Shown one piece after another: positions 10,661 to 23,299 of a stretch of 64,000 bases of DNA (position 1 is its first letter; every line of letters starts with the position of its first letter). The DNA comes from Jimgerdemannia flammicorona. Lineage: Eukaryota. The stretch covers positions 1-64,000 of the forward strand of contig RBNJ01000005.1 of assembly GCA_003990765.1 (NCBI GenBank), written 5' to 3'. The translations under genes and the position numbers were made by a program. Below the pieces are notes generated by a model. The model saw only the letters and a program-made list of their open reading frames with translations. It had not been told where the DNA came from and made no database searches.

Positions 10661-12144
10661 TGTAAGCGCACAACCTCCAAGCCACCAAAATCGCATGGTA
10701 TCCTCAGAACTAATTTGGAAACCACATGCGAGACTACAAAACAAGAGATCATCTGGTTACACAAAATACACCAGCAAGTATGAGAACCCACCGCCAAGAT
10801 ACAAGAATACTAGAAGAAGTACTACAACCATAAGACTGACTCTGAACTGCTATAACTAGTTTGGTGTACTGTACTATTACAAAAGAAAACCGAAAGTACC
10901 AAACTCAAATCGAGACAAGAAGAACCCTATCTCATCTACCAAAAGGTTCACGAACTATACTTATCAACTCAAGACCAAGGTACACTGCAACTATACAAGA
11001 CCTCATTACTTAGCAGAAGCAAAATGCATTTGAACAACTCCATTCGCTCTATCTGTGTCACCTCCATTGGAGAGTGACGGACACTTCATCTGAACTCAAG
11101 AAAGCCGACAACGTCGAAACCAATCTCAAACCATCCATGTGACAGATATTACTACTAGAAATTACCTCAGATTACAGAAAATATCATTTCCGAGAGGTTC
11201 GAACCCCCAGCCGCGACATTGGGAGCCCTCGCCTTAGACGAGAATGGCCAGTCCTCGCAAATGCGTTAGCAGACCAAAAAAAAAGAGAACCAAGACCTGT
11301 TATCCTTGTACCACCACCACCACCAAAGACAGCCTTAATCTTGCAAGAGATAGAAGTGACGACACCTTGAAACTGATAATGTCAGAAGTCAGAAAACTGC
11401 TCAGACTTTGCTAGTGATGATGTCATCAATAGTGATGTCATCAAAGACTAACCAGACAGCACCTAAATCTATAAATAGCCTAGCAGTCATAGTATAGATA
11501 GATTAGCCTTGTACGACATGACTGTGAACTGACTCAGCAGTCAGACGATCTCTTGACATGTCAGATCACACTTGTACTATGTGACTGCATTCTGACTCAG
11601 CAAGGCACTAAGTGCTACATCCATATCTAGCATAGCCCAGATAGCCCCTCACTAGTATAAATACCCCCTCCCCCAGACCTCAGAATCTCAGACTTGAACA
11701 ATCTGAACACAACTCCTGAGTACTTTCCCACAATATCCCTTTATCCAACTACTCCTAGTATAGCAATATCATGAATAGCGAATAAACCTATTTAATAACC
11801 CACAAACCACTCTTAAGTAAATCTGCTCCCTGTTAGGTCCTACTCCTAACCCCATCACAAAATTTCCTAATTGGGTATTGTCTGCAGCGATATGCCAATT
11901 CAACTAAGCTGGTCTTAGTTTCTTGAACTTCCTGAAATATGGAAAATCCTGAACATCCAGAACTAGTCCGGAAAAGGACTTTGGTTGAGACATCAACCCG
12001 ATCTTGAAATCAATAAGCGTAGAGGACATACTCCATACGAAATTGATCTTGACCATAAGAAAACAGTCTTCTAGAATATCCAGAACTTCCAGAAAACCCT
12101 TCCAGAACTATGTAACAGTTATCCTAAAAAGCAACTCTCTTACA
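10661..12144 (+). repeat. 5' LTR of A2
   Basis: TGTAAGCG...CTTACA; TATAAATA at ~11657; AATAAA at 11781. Confidence 0.95.
10726..11370 (+). pseudogene. Possible decayed ~215-codon ORF in U3 of short family A LTRs
   Basis: ATG at 10726, frame unbroken to TGA at 11370; five internal stops, each one C>T from a sense codon, but largely shared between copies. Confidence 0.35.
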
Positions 12145-12147
12145 ACT

Positions 12148-12156
12148 TGGTAGCAG
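12148..12156 (+). promoter_or_regulatory. Primer-binding site, initiator tRNA-Met type
   Basis: TGGTAGCAG 3 nt after the LTR end; also at 17183-17191 (-), ~49445 (decayed) and 61659. Confidence 0.8.
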
Positions 12157-13106
12157 TGGTTTACAATCCAATTCCACTTCAAGATGCTTCCTCACCCTGC
12201 TACAAACCCCTCTGAGAATTCCTACAAGTTGGTACAAAGCCCAACCTCTGAACTGGAATTTATCCTGAACCATCTGACAATCTGGAGAGAATTGAACCTG
12301 ACGTATAAGGACAATTTGATCTCCACACCTACAACAAGTGGGACAAACTTCATTCAAAGAAAGAAGTACTCCGATTAAACCAGCAAATAGGCGAAACCCT
12401 ATTCACCGAACTCCTTGCACTACACCCAGTAAGTCAAGACGAAGAAGGTCTTATTGAAGCCTTCTTTACTCTTCTCAACAAGAGTTTTGTCAGCTCCACA
12501 AATCCGAGTGACCTAGGACAACCAGCAGCAGTCTTTCTAGCCTTAGTTCCTCACAAAGCCCAAGCCTCTATAGCCAAGTGGCTCAACTCTTCCGACTTTC
12601 ACCACACCAGGACCAAGACCGCATTATACTACCGATTCCAGAACAGCAAGGCCCACCATATTCTTAAAGAAGAAGCAAGAGAAACCCTTCATCAACTACC
12701 TGACCCAGAATCCGAAGCAGGCCCTGCTACAGCTCTACCCGAATCTGAAACCAATACCGAACCAGAACTTGACTTTGAATTAAGTCCTTCTGAAATCAGA
12801 TATACAACTGACTCTGTCTACTTTGATGCCGAGCAAACCCAATTACACAGGGACCAAATCAAAGAGGAGGAGGAGTATCTCAGTGAATTCGATCCCGGAT
12901 ACACCACTGAAGGAAATGCACCTCCATCAGGACAAAATACACCAACACAGCAACAGACAGTCATCTATCAAGCCCTTACTCTAGACTCACAACTACTACT
13001 CCAGCAACTTACACAGACCCAAAGAACACCCTCATACTCTGCACCAGTACCTCAAGTAGTACCAGTAACACCACTACCAGTAGTCCAATCGCCCCCAGTA
13101 AACAAC

Positions 13107-15541
13107 ATGGCGAACCAACAGATTCTAGACCTCACAGCCCAGATAGCCATAATGGCAGCAACCATTACTGCCTTAGCTGAACAGACCTGACCTACAAAAA
13201 ATCTGAGCCTACCTACCTTCAATGGTACTGCACAAGAAGTCCAAAGCTTCATTAGTGTAGTTGACACCAACTTCGAAGCCAATCAATGGACCAATGAGCG
13301 AGTTGCTGACCGTGTTCTGACAAACAATCAAGACCCTACTCTGGAACAACTCTTTGCTACCACTACAGCATATGTCCGCCAAGTTGTTACATTCTTCCGA
13401 GGACCTGCTGAAGAATGGTGGCGAACCCTTCCTGAAAAACCCCTCACATGGGACACCCGACCTGCAGTAGTTGCTCAGAATGCAGCAAACCATGCCCCAG
13501 GATATGGAGCCCATCCTGCAGCCCCTGGACTTAAACAACTCATGATTGCTCAATACCGCAGCAAAACCATGATTGCCGAATCTCGAGTAAAACTCCACAA
13601 CCTCAAATTTGATGACATGGCAAAGAAGAATTCGAAACCTTCTGTACAAAACTCAAGTCACTCCTGAATACTGTTGGCCTAGGATATATTGCCAATGATG
13701 AAGCATGAAATGGTACAAGAGCAGACCATTTATTCGATGCCCTACCTGAATGGCTTACTAGAAAAATCTGAGAACAAGGCCGCCCAGTTGGTTGTGATTA
13801 CCAACAATGGTGCCTGGCAAGAATCAAGACTATGGTCAAGCGAATCCTAACAGCTGGACCAATTCTGCCCCGAAGACAATTTAATAATAAGGAAAAGACT
13901 TGGACCAAGAAAGAAGAACCCAAGCATGAAGCATCCCGAGCTCCCTCCACATCCACCTCTTGGACACCCAGAAATCACAAACCCACCCAGCCGAGTACCT
14001 TCAAGAAACTCACTGAAGGAGAAAGGAATGAACTTCGAAGAAGCAGAGCATGCTTCTATTGCCGAAAGACATGACACATGGCCAGTGCCTGCCCTAACCG
14101 AAAACCCCGAACAGCAACATGAGCAACTGTTACCACTCTGCACCACCTCAACAACCTGACCACCAGAACACTAGACTTTGTCAAGTTAAGACAAACTGCT
14201 AAGGCCCCAACCAAAGGAAGTCAAAAAGCAGCTGGATATGACCTGTATGCAGCCAAAGAAGCTACAGTCTCTAACCGAGAAGTTAAGCAAGTCTACACAG
14301 GAATCAGCATCCAAATTCCTGAAGGACATGTTGGAAGAATATGCTGTCGCAGCAGCCTAGCATTGAAAGGACTCTCAGTAGAAGGAGGAGTCATTGACGA
14401 AGATTACACAGGCGAAATTATTGTCCTCATCCAGAACCACAGTTGGACACCCTTCAAAATTCCCATAGGTTTCTGCATTGCCCAGATCCTATTCGAGAAA
14501 ATCGAGTCAACCCTGACAGTCAAGGAAGTCCCTGAACTATTACCTACCATCTGAGGATCCAAAGGATTTGGCTCATCAAACAAGACCCCAGCCCAACCTA
14601 CCATGAACAAAGAAGAACAATTCTACAAGAAAATTGAAGATGGATATGTACCAAGTGGCCGATGTCCCCATGGCATTGGAATGTACTCTTCCCGAATGAT
14701 TGATGATTGCTTCTCTTGTGTCAATGAACTGGCTCAAAGAAGAACCAACAGAAGGAAAGCTCCTATAACCGAAATCACCACCATTGGATCAGACAAACTG
14801 CTTACACTTAAGGCTTTTGTCAACAGAGCACCTGTCAGGATTATGATAGACAGTGGGGCCTCAGGCAACTTCATCAATGAAGAAACAGCCAACAGACTCA
14901 AGGTCTTCACCTCTCTAGTACAACAGACTCAAGCAGTCGCCACAGCTGATGGAACCTCACATGTCATTAGCAAAGAAGTCCGCAACCTACCCTTCCAAAT
15001 TGGTGACTACCGAATACATGTTACCTTCCAAATCATACCACTTCCTGACAACGAAATCATCCTTGGGACTCCATGGTTAAAACAAGAGAACCCTATGATC
15101 GATTGGATAAACCATTCTCTGACCATCAAGAAAGGATGCCACAACTTCAAACTGTAAGGTGAAAAGGACCCACTCAACTCTGGCGATCCTGGACTAAAGA
15201 TCACTCACATCAACAAGCTACAACTCAAGAAATTGGCCAAGAAATATCCTCTTTTTGCCATCTCCATCCGCCCATCCAAAGGAGAACCCGAGAACTCTGA
15301 AGAAGACTTTTCCAAAGTTGACAGCTATGTCAGACCACTACTCCAAAAGATCCGAGACACATTTCCAAACCGAACCACAAAACCACCTGTACCTGTCATT
15401 ATTAATGACTAAGAAGAGTATGAAGTTAAACAAATTCTCAACAAACACAGCCACAAGAACCATCCAAATGGTACAACAGCACCAGAACAAATTAGAAGGC
15501 CCCGACGAGAACGTCGAAAGCTAAGAAGGGGAGAGTTGTAA
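13107..15541 (+). pseudogene. gag-dUTPase-protease-partial chromodomain of A2
   Basis: MANQQILDL; CFYCRKT..H..C knuckle; dUTPase ~14175-14580; CPHG..CFSC; IMIDSGASGNF, ILGTPWL; frame ends at TTG TAA across the LTR start. Confidence 0.9.
15523..15535 (+). promoter_or_regulatory. Polypurine tract of A2
   Basis: AAGAAGGGGAGAG immediately before the 3' LTR. Confidence 0.9.
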
Positions 15542-17020
15542 GCGCACAACCTCCAAGCCACCAAAATCGCATGACATCCTCAGAACTAATTTGGAAACCA
15601 CATGCGAGACTACTAAACAAGAGATCATCTGGTTACACAAAATACACCAGCAAGTACAAGAACCCACCGCCAAGATACAAGAATACTAGAAGAAGTACTA
15701 CAACTATAAGACTGACTCTGAACCGCTATAACTAGTTTGGTATACTGTACTATTACAAAAGGAAACCGAAAGTACCAAACTCAAATCGAGACAAGAAGAA
15801 CCCTATCTCATCTACCAAAAGGTTTATGAACTATACTTATCAACTCAAGACCAAGGTACACTGCAACTATACAAGACCTCATTACTTAGCAGAAGCAAAA
15901 CGCATTTGAACAACTCTGTTCGCTCTATCTATGTCACCTCCATTGGAGAGTGACGGACACTTCATCTGAACTTAAGAAAGCCAACAACGTCGAAACCAAT
16001 CTCAAGCCATTCATGTGACAGATATTACTACTAGAAATTGTCTCGGATTACAGAAAATATCATTTCCGAGAGATTTGAACCCCCAGCCGCGACATTGGGA
16101 GCTCTCGCCCTAGACGAGAATGGCCAGTCCTCGCAAATGTGCCAGCAGACCAAAAAAAAAGAGAACCAAGACCTGTTATCCTTGTACCACCACCACCACC
16201 AAAGACAGCCTTAATCTTGCAAGAGATAGAAGTGACGACACCTTGAAACTGATGATATCAGAAGTCAGAAAACTGCTCAGACTTTGCTAGCGATGATGTC
16301 ATCAATAGTGATGTCATCAAAGACTAACCAGACAGCACCTAAATCTATAAATAGCCTAGCAGTCATAGTATAGATAGATTAGCCTTGTATGACGTGACTG
16401 TGAACTGACTCAGCAGTCAGATAATCTCTTGATATATCAGATCACACTTGTACTATGTGACTGCATTCCAACTCAGCAAGGCACTAAGTGCTACATCCAT
16501 ATCTAGCATAGCCCAGATAGCCCCTCGCTAGTATAAATACCCCCTCCCACAGACCTCAGAATCTCAGACTTGAACAATCTGAACACAACTTCTGAGCACT
16601 TCCCCACAATATCCCTTTACCCAACTACTCCTAGTATAGCAATATCATGAATAGCAAATAAACCTATTTAATAACCCACAAACCACTCTTAAGTAAATCT
16701 GCTCCCCGTTAGGTCCTACTCCTAACCCTGTCACGAAATTTCCTAATTGGGTATTGTCTGCAGTGATACGCCAATTCAACTAAGCTGGTCTTAGTTTCTT
16801 GAACTTCCTGAAATACGGAAAATCCTGAACATCCAGAACTAGTCTGGAAAAGGACTTTGGTTGAGACATCAACCCGATCTTGAAATCAATAAGTGTAGAG
16901 GATGTACTCCATATGAAATTGATCTTGACCATAAGAAAACGGTCTTCCAGAATATCCAGAACTTCCAGAAAATCCTTCTAGAACTACGTAATGGTTACTC
17001 TTAAAAGCAACCCTCTTATA
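15537..17020 (+). repeat. 3' LTR of A2
   Basis: Direct repeat of 10661-12144; terminal CA mutated to TA. Confidence 0.95.
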
Positions 17021-17194
17021 CAAATTATCCTTGTACATCAGGTTCAATTCTCTCCAGATTGTCAGATGGTTCAGGATAAATTCCAGTTCAGAGGTTGGGC
17101 TTTATACCAACTTGTAGGAATTCTCAGAAGGGTGTGTAGCAGGGTGAGGAAGTGTCTTGAAGCAGAATTGGATTGTAAACCGCTGCTACCAAGT

Positions 17195-18595
17195 TGTAAG
17201 AGGGTTGCTTTTTAGGATAACTGTTACATAGTTCTGAAAGGGTTTTCTGGAAGTTTTGGATATTCTGGAAGACCGTTTTCTTATGATCAAGATCAATTTC
17301 GTATGGAGTACGTCCTCTACGCTTATTGATTTCAAGATCAGGTTGACATCTCAACCAAAGTTCTTTCTCAGACTAGTTCTGGATATTCAGGATTTTCCAT
17401 ATTTCAGGAAGTTCAAGAAACTAAGACCAGCTTAGTTGAATTGGCGTATCGTTGCAGACAATACCCAATTAGGAAATTTCGTGATGGGGTTAGGAGTGGG
17501 ACCTAACAGGGAGTGGATTTACTTAAGAGTGGTTTGTGGGTTATTAAATTGGTTTATTTGCTATTCATGATATTACTATACTAGGAGTATTTGTGTGAAG
17601 AGATATTGTGGGGAAGTGCTCAGGAGTTGTGTTCAGATTGTTCAGGTCTGAGATTCTGAGGTCTGGGAGAGGGGGTATTTATACTAGTGAGGGGCTATCT
17701 GGGCTATGCTAGATATGGATGTAGCACTTAGTGCCTTGCTGAGTCAGAATGCAGTCATGTAGTACAAGTGTGTTCTGACATATCAAGAGATCATCTGACT
17801 GCTGAGTCAGTTCACAGTCACATCATACAAGGCTAATCTATCTATACTATGACTGCTAAGCTATTTATAGATTTAGGTGCTGTCTGGTTAGTCTTTGATG
17901 ACATCACTATTGATGGCATAATTACTGGCAAAGTCTGAGCAGTTTTCTGACTTCTGACATCATCAGTTTCAAGATGTTGTCACTTTTATCTCTTGCAAGA
18001 TTAAGGCTATCCTTGGTGGCAGTGGTTGTACAAGGATAACAGGTCTTGGTTCTCTTTTTTTTTGGTCTGCTGGTGCATTTGCGAGGACTGGCCATTCTCG
18101 TCTAGGGCGAGGGCTCTCAATGTTGCGGCTGGGGGTTCAAACCTCTCGGAAATGATATTTTCTGTAATCTGAGGCAATTTCTAGTAGTAATATCTGTCAT
18201 ATGGATGGCTTGAGATTGGTTTCGACGTTGTCGGCTTTCTTGAGTTCAGATGAAACATCCGTCACTCTCCAATGGAGGTGACACAGATAGAGTGAACAGA
18301 GTTGTTTAAATGCATTTTGCTTCTGCTAAGTAATGAGGTCTTGTATAGCTGCAGTGTATCCTGGTCTTGAGTTGATAAGTGCAGTTTGTGAACCTTTTGG
18401 TAGATGAGATAGGGTTCTTCTTATCTCAATTTGAGTTTGGTACTTTCGGTTTCCTTTTGTAATAGTACAGTATACCAAACTAGTTATAGTGGTTCAGAGT
18501 CAGTTTTATAGTTGTAGTACTTCTTCTAGTATTCTTGTATCTTGGCAGTGGGTTCTCATGCTTGCTGGCGTATTTCGTGTAACCAGATGATCTCT
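17195..18595 (-). repeat. 5' LTR of A1, truncated at its U3 end
   Basis: Direct repeat of 5954-7353; homology stops abruptly at LINE sequence. Confidence 0.92.
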
Positions 18596-21148
18596 GGGAC
18601 CACCTTTCAGCCCAAATCCAATCTCTAGCTAGCTTTAGCAATTTCTTCACCACTCAAGCTAGAAAGTCCAAGTGATAGACAATATACTATAGCTTAGGGA
18701 ACCAGTAGACATTCAGAATCATTACTCAGTCTACCAGAGAGATATGGTGACCTCCCTAGCCTCAAAGTGCCTCCCCCCCAGATGGCCACCCTCCTCTCCC
18801 ACTATACCTATGATAAGACTGATCCATACACTGAAAAGAAGATGCCCAGATATCTCACTATCTCTCCTGCTGGGACAATTGTTCCAATGATATCTCCTAA
18901 TAATCCATTCTCCAGCACTATCATCTCACACTTATACTAGTTGAGTTTTGCTCCAGAGTGTACCTTATACTATTCTACAGTCTCCTTAAGAGCCTCAACA
19001 TCTGCCACTGATCCAAGTCCAACCACCATGTCATCTGCAAAGGCCCCCACCTTCCACACCATACTATAGATAGTGAGCTCTGCTATCTTCTGCTGAATCC
19101 TATCTATTAAAGGTTCTAATGAAAGGGCATATAGAATAGGAGACAGTGGATCCCTCTGAGGAACTCCTCTCTCCAAGGGAAATACCATACCCTGGTGACC
19201 ATTATACATCAGTGCTGCCCTACTACCCTCCAACAGATTCATCATAAAAGCTCGAAATAGTGAGAGAACTTCAATTCTGTTCAGCACCTTGCCCAGCCAC
19301 ATCTACCAAACATGGTTGTAGGCTTTCTCCTGGTCCAAAAAGACCAGTCTTCCATCCAATCCACTAGCCCTTGCCTCTTCAATGATGCCATGAACCCAGG
19401 CCATCCCATCTTTAATAAGTCTGCCCCCAATGAAGCCCCACTGCTCCTCACCCAACACTTGCTGGGCAACTCTCTGTAATCTCACTATAATCACCTTAGT
19501 TACCATCTTCCTATCTATATCCAGAAGCATGATCAGCCTCCAGTTCTTCCAATCCTCCCTCCTCTCTTTATCCTTATACAATGGGCCACCAGTCCTAGGT
19601 TCTGCTCTCCCACCTACCTACCCATTAAAAGAACAAAATCACAGAGGGCTGCCATCTCTCCTAACACCCCAGGGACTCTCACTATCTTCTTCCAAAAGTC
19701 TCAAGGTAGACTATCCTCTCCCAGTGCCATACCAATCTCAGTTACCACAAGGACCCTCTGGATCTCCTTCTCTTGGACTGGAAGGATCAGATCCCCCAGG
19801 CCCTCTACTTGTGGCAGCTTCCAGTTCTCCAGAGTGTCTCCAATTGTCTCTGCATCAGCACCCCCTTCTTTCTCACTTCACAGACCACTCTACCACTCCT
19901 TCAGCAACTCTAAGATCTATTGCATACTATGTACCATTTCCCTCTCAACATTAAGGATGCTATCTCACTGATATCTCACCCTTCTCGCCTGGAGGAGCCT
20001 TGACAAGTACCTAGTTGGCCTCTTCCCCTCCTCAAGCCTCTGCCATCTCAACCTAGCTGCCATTCCTTTCATCCATGTCTCCTCCTCCTCTCTTAGTACC
20101 TATTGCAACTCCATTACTTCCAGTCTAGCTCACAATAACCTCCAATCATCCACCTCATCAGAGTTTATCAAATCAGCCCAATCATCTGTAATCTGAGTAA
20201 TCTATTGGAAGCACACCTTACTCTTTTCCTTTGTTGCCTCCCAGTATCCCTACCAACTTCTCCCCAGTAGACCCTTATAGCCTCTTTTAACTTCATTTAC
20301 TGGACATCTACTGGCAAGCCCTCATGTACCCAGCCTATGATTCTCATCTGAATGCCCTCTGCCCAAAGGTCCTACAACATCTTCTTAGCCAGCAGAGAGG
20401 AGTTAAGGCACTAATATCTGGGTCCATCTCCACTCTCTCCAAACTGCCCCTGCCCTAACAGTTCTCAGTGATCTGACCATAGACACCACTCTACCTCCAG
20501 AGTCCTCCAATCATCCAGGCCCCAGCATTCAGCCATCAGGATCTAGTCAATCCTTGTACCAAGGCCATTTACCCAATGCATGTAAATCCTTTTTTCTCTC
20601 CCCTTTATCCTGCCCATATCTCCTAAGAAGCTAAGGTTCTCCACCTCCTCTCATACATTCAGACCATCACTCCTTCTACCTGCACTCCTCCCTCCATCAG
20701 TTCTATCTAACTGAAGATTCCACACCATATTGAAGTCATCTCCCAGAACATCCACCCCATCCTCTAAGAATGTACTCTCCTCCAGAAGACCCTTTATCTA
20801 TGTAATCTGCTCACCCCTAACTGCCAGGCAGTAGCAAGAGCCAACTCTCACTGGCTCCCACCCAGGTCAACACCATTCCCTCTATATCAGATGATCACCC
20901 TAACTTCTGATTCCATCTAGATCCCCTTTACCTCTCTGCCCAAAAATTGCAACTTTGCCAATCCAAGCTATAGCTCCTCCCCATTCTCTAGTCTACTCTA
21001 TGTGATTGATATCATTCTCACATCATATATCCTACAGCAAAAAAAGATCAGCCTCCAATCCCTTAAACTAAGTGAAAATGTTCTTCCACCACCCAGATCT
21101 CTGTAACACATTTACATTCAGAGAAAAAATATTAGTTGTACTGTTCAT
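18596..21148 (-). pseudogene. LINE ORF2 (AP endonuclease + reverse transcriptase)
   Basis: FSLNVN, LGDDFN, TRID, SDH; NWRLIMLLDIDRK, LDQEKAYNHV, GVPQRDPLSPILY, FADD, YLG. Confidence 0.88.
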
Positions 21149-23290
21149 AGAGAATAATGTTTAGAAGTAGGGCCTTGTGCATCATCTATAAATCCACACC
21201 CCTCCTCTCTTGTGCTATGTCTAAGTTATATTCAGCAGCCAATCCCTCCTCTTCAGCCTCCTTTGTCTCCAATCCAACCAGCAGTTCTGTCATCTCCCCA
21301 TCCTCCTTTTCTTCAAATTCCTCACAATACTCCAGACAGGCCTTCTGTTAGAGTTTCAGACCATGACACTCTACCCAACAGAAGGTGACCTGCTCACCAG
21401 CAACAACTGCCAGCTCGGCCTCCCTCTCCTTATCAACCTCATACCCCTCCTCCTCCAGAAGAATTGCAAGCACCTCCACCTTCAGTATCTTCACTACCCC
21501 ATCACTATGCAGGATCTGTGCCCAATGCTCCTCACTCATCACTCTCAGGTCCACTTCTTCCAACTCTTCAGCTGCAAAGTTGTTCATCATCTGGCATATC
21601 TACAGTAGGTTTCCCACCTCCTTCCCTCCTGGCATTGCTGGCCTCCCAGTATCCAGCATTGTGATATCAACCCCTACACTCACAGTCTCATCCCACCTCT
21701 CCTCCAGGACATCCACCAGCTCATTCTCACCAACTACCACCACCTGTCCCCCATTTGCTATATCAGGAACTCCAAAGTGAACTCACTGGACATCACTAAT
21801 CAGCACATCCTCTGCCACCTTACTCCTCTCAGCTAGACCCCTTCTGATAAGAGGAGGAGTATCATCCAATTTCTCTTCCCAGATTTTAAACATACTATCT
21901 GCATATGGCTCATTGCATAGTGCCTTCCTGGCCTCATCCAGGCTCTCCTCCCCATTCCCTCCTCTCTTACTAGCCCAGACACTTGCTTTGGCACCTTCAG
22001 ACTCCTTAGCTTCACTAGTATTCTTCTTCTCCCCTCCTTTCATACTCACCAACAACTCTCTCTGTCACTTGCACTCTTGAGCCCTCTCCCACTGCCCCTT
22101 GTCAGTGCAAATACATTTCCCTCCCATAATTTCCAAATGCATAGACTCTTCATATATCTTCCAGGCCTTTGTCCTTTGCTCTACTACTACAATCATCTCC
22201 TCCAGGGCCTCCAACAGATCCTCCTCCTCCTCCTTACTCTCTTTTACCCTTGATACTTTACAGATGAAGCCCCCCCACAACATAACTGAAGGCCAGTTGC
22301 TTGTCTTCCCTGTGGCCTCTTTCTCTGCCAGTCTAATCCTGACATCAATATCACCAGTCCTAAAAGTGGTCCCCTCTCACATCTGGAACCCAATATTGAC
22401 CACATCACTATACTCCACCATCACCTCCTCCACCCTCCTCCTAGTCTCAACTTTCATTACTGTAGGCACCCCCTTTACTAGTAACTGAACCACTCTGGAG
22501 TCCCACCTCAAACACTATACTATAGAAACCACTATCTCTCCTACTGCCATACTAGTCTTCAAAGCTTCCTCCAGTAGACCTGTCTTCTTGAAACCCACCT
22601 CAACCCCCTCCAATCTCTTTAGAAACTTCACTGAGGCAGCTCCAGCCACTTGCTCCAAGATAATCCCCAGAACCATCCTTGCTGTTACTGCCAAGCCCCA
22701 GAAGTACAAAGTCATAGCAAACTTCAAGATCAACTTCTTGAGTAATAGTGCTATCACCAGCACTGTCATACCATCAGCCAGGTCTCCCTTCCTCTTTGGG
22801 TCCATCTGCCCAGCTTTACTATCAATAGTCACATCTGGATTTTTTTTCAGATTCCCAGTCATGCCACTATCAGCAGTCCCCCCCCTACTCCCAGCTACTG
22901 CTCCACTAGCCCTTTCATCCACTGGCTGAGGTCCAGTACCTCCCACTTCTCCTTCCCTCTGCTTTCTCTTCCCTTCTGCCTGCCCACTATGAGCACCAAT
23001 AGGCCATCCTCCAGCCTTTAGCATATCTGCAAAGCTCCTCCCCCTCTGTCTATCTATCCCTCCTCCAGTACCACTACTACTGTCTGAACTGCTCTACCCA
23101 CTCAGACTACCAAAAGACCCCATCCCAAGTCCATACTCTTGTATGATATATTGCCAGTCAAAGGCCCCAGGTCTACCTGACCTACTATGTATGTCAGCTT
23201 ACTTGTTAGTTACCATAACCTTAGTATCTTTCTCCAATAAATAGTTCAAAAGTATGTTTTGAAGTTTGTGTTATGTGAATGGTTGTAGAG
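18596..23290 (-). mobile_element. Decayed L1/Tx1-like LINE, 3' end lost
   Basis: ORF1 fragments ~21150-23215; ORF2 from ATG 21148 with APE and RT motifs; 5' boundary approximate. Confidence 0.88.
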
Positions 23291-23299
23291 AAAGATGGG

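Larger units (their letters stand above)
10661..17020 (+). mobile_element. Ty3/Gypsy family A copy A2, complete non-autonomous element
   Basis: LTRs 10661-12144 and 15537-17020; 5-bp TSD CAAAT at 10656-10660 and 17021-17025; PBS and PPT present. Confidence 0.96.
5954..18595 (-). mobile_element. Ty3/Gypsy family A copy A1, non-autonomous (Gag-dUTPase-PR, no RT/RH/IN), interrupted by copy A2
   Basis: 3' LTR 5954-7437, PPT 7439-7451, internal 7438-10660 and 17026-17194, PBS next to 17195, 5' LTR 17195-18595 lacking ~85 bp. Confidence 0.92.

Noticed and set aside
10339-10797. 152-aa ORF
   Set aside because: Chimera across the 10660/10661 insertion junction.
5954-18595. DIRS-like or TIR element suggested by inverted LTRs
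   Set aside because: Fully explained by nested antisense insertion with a CAAAT TSD; no tyrosine recombinase.
19430-22929. Plus-strand Ser/Pro/Thr-rich ORFs
   Set aside because: Antisense shadows of purine-rich LINE ORFs.
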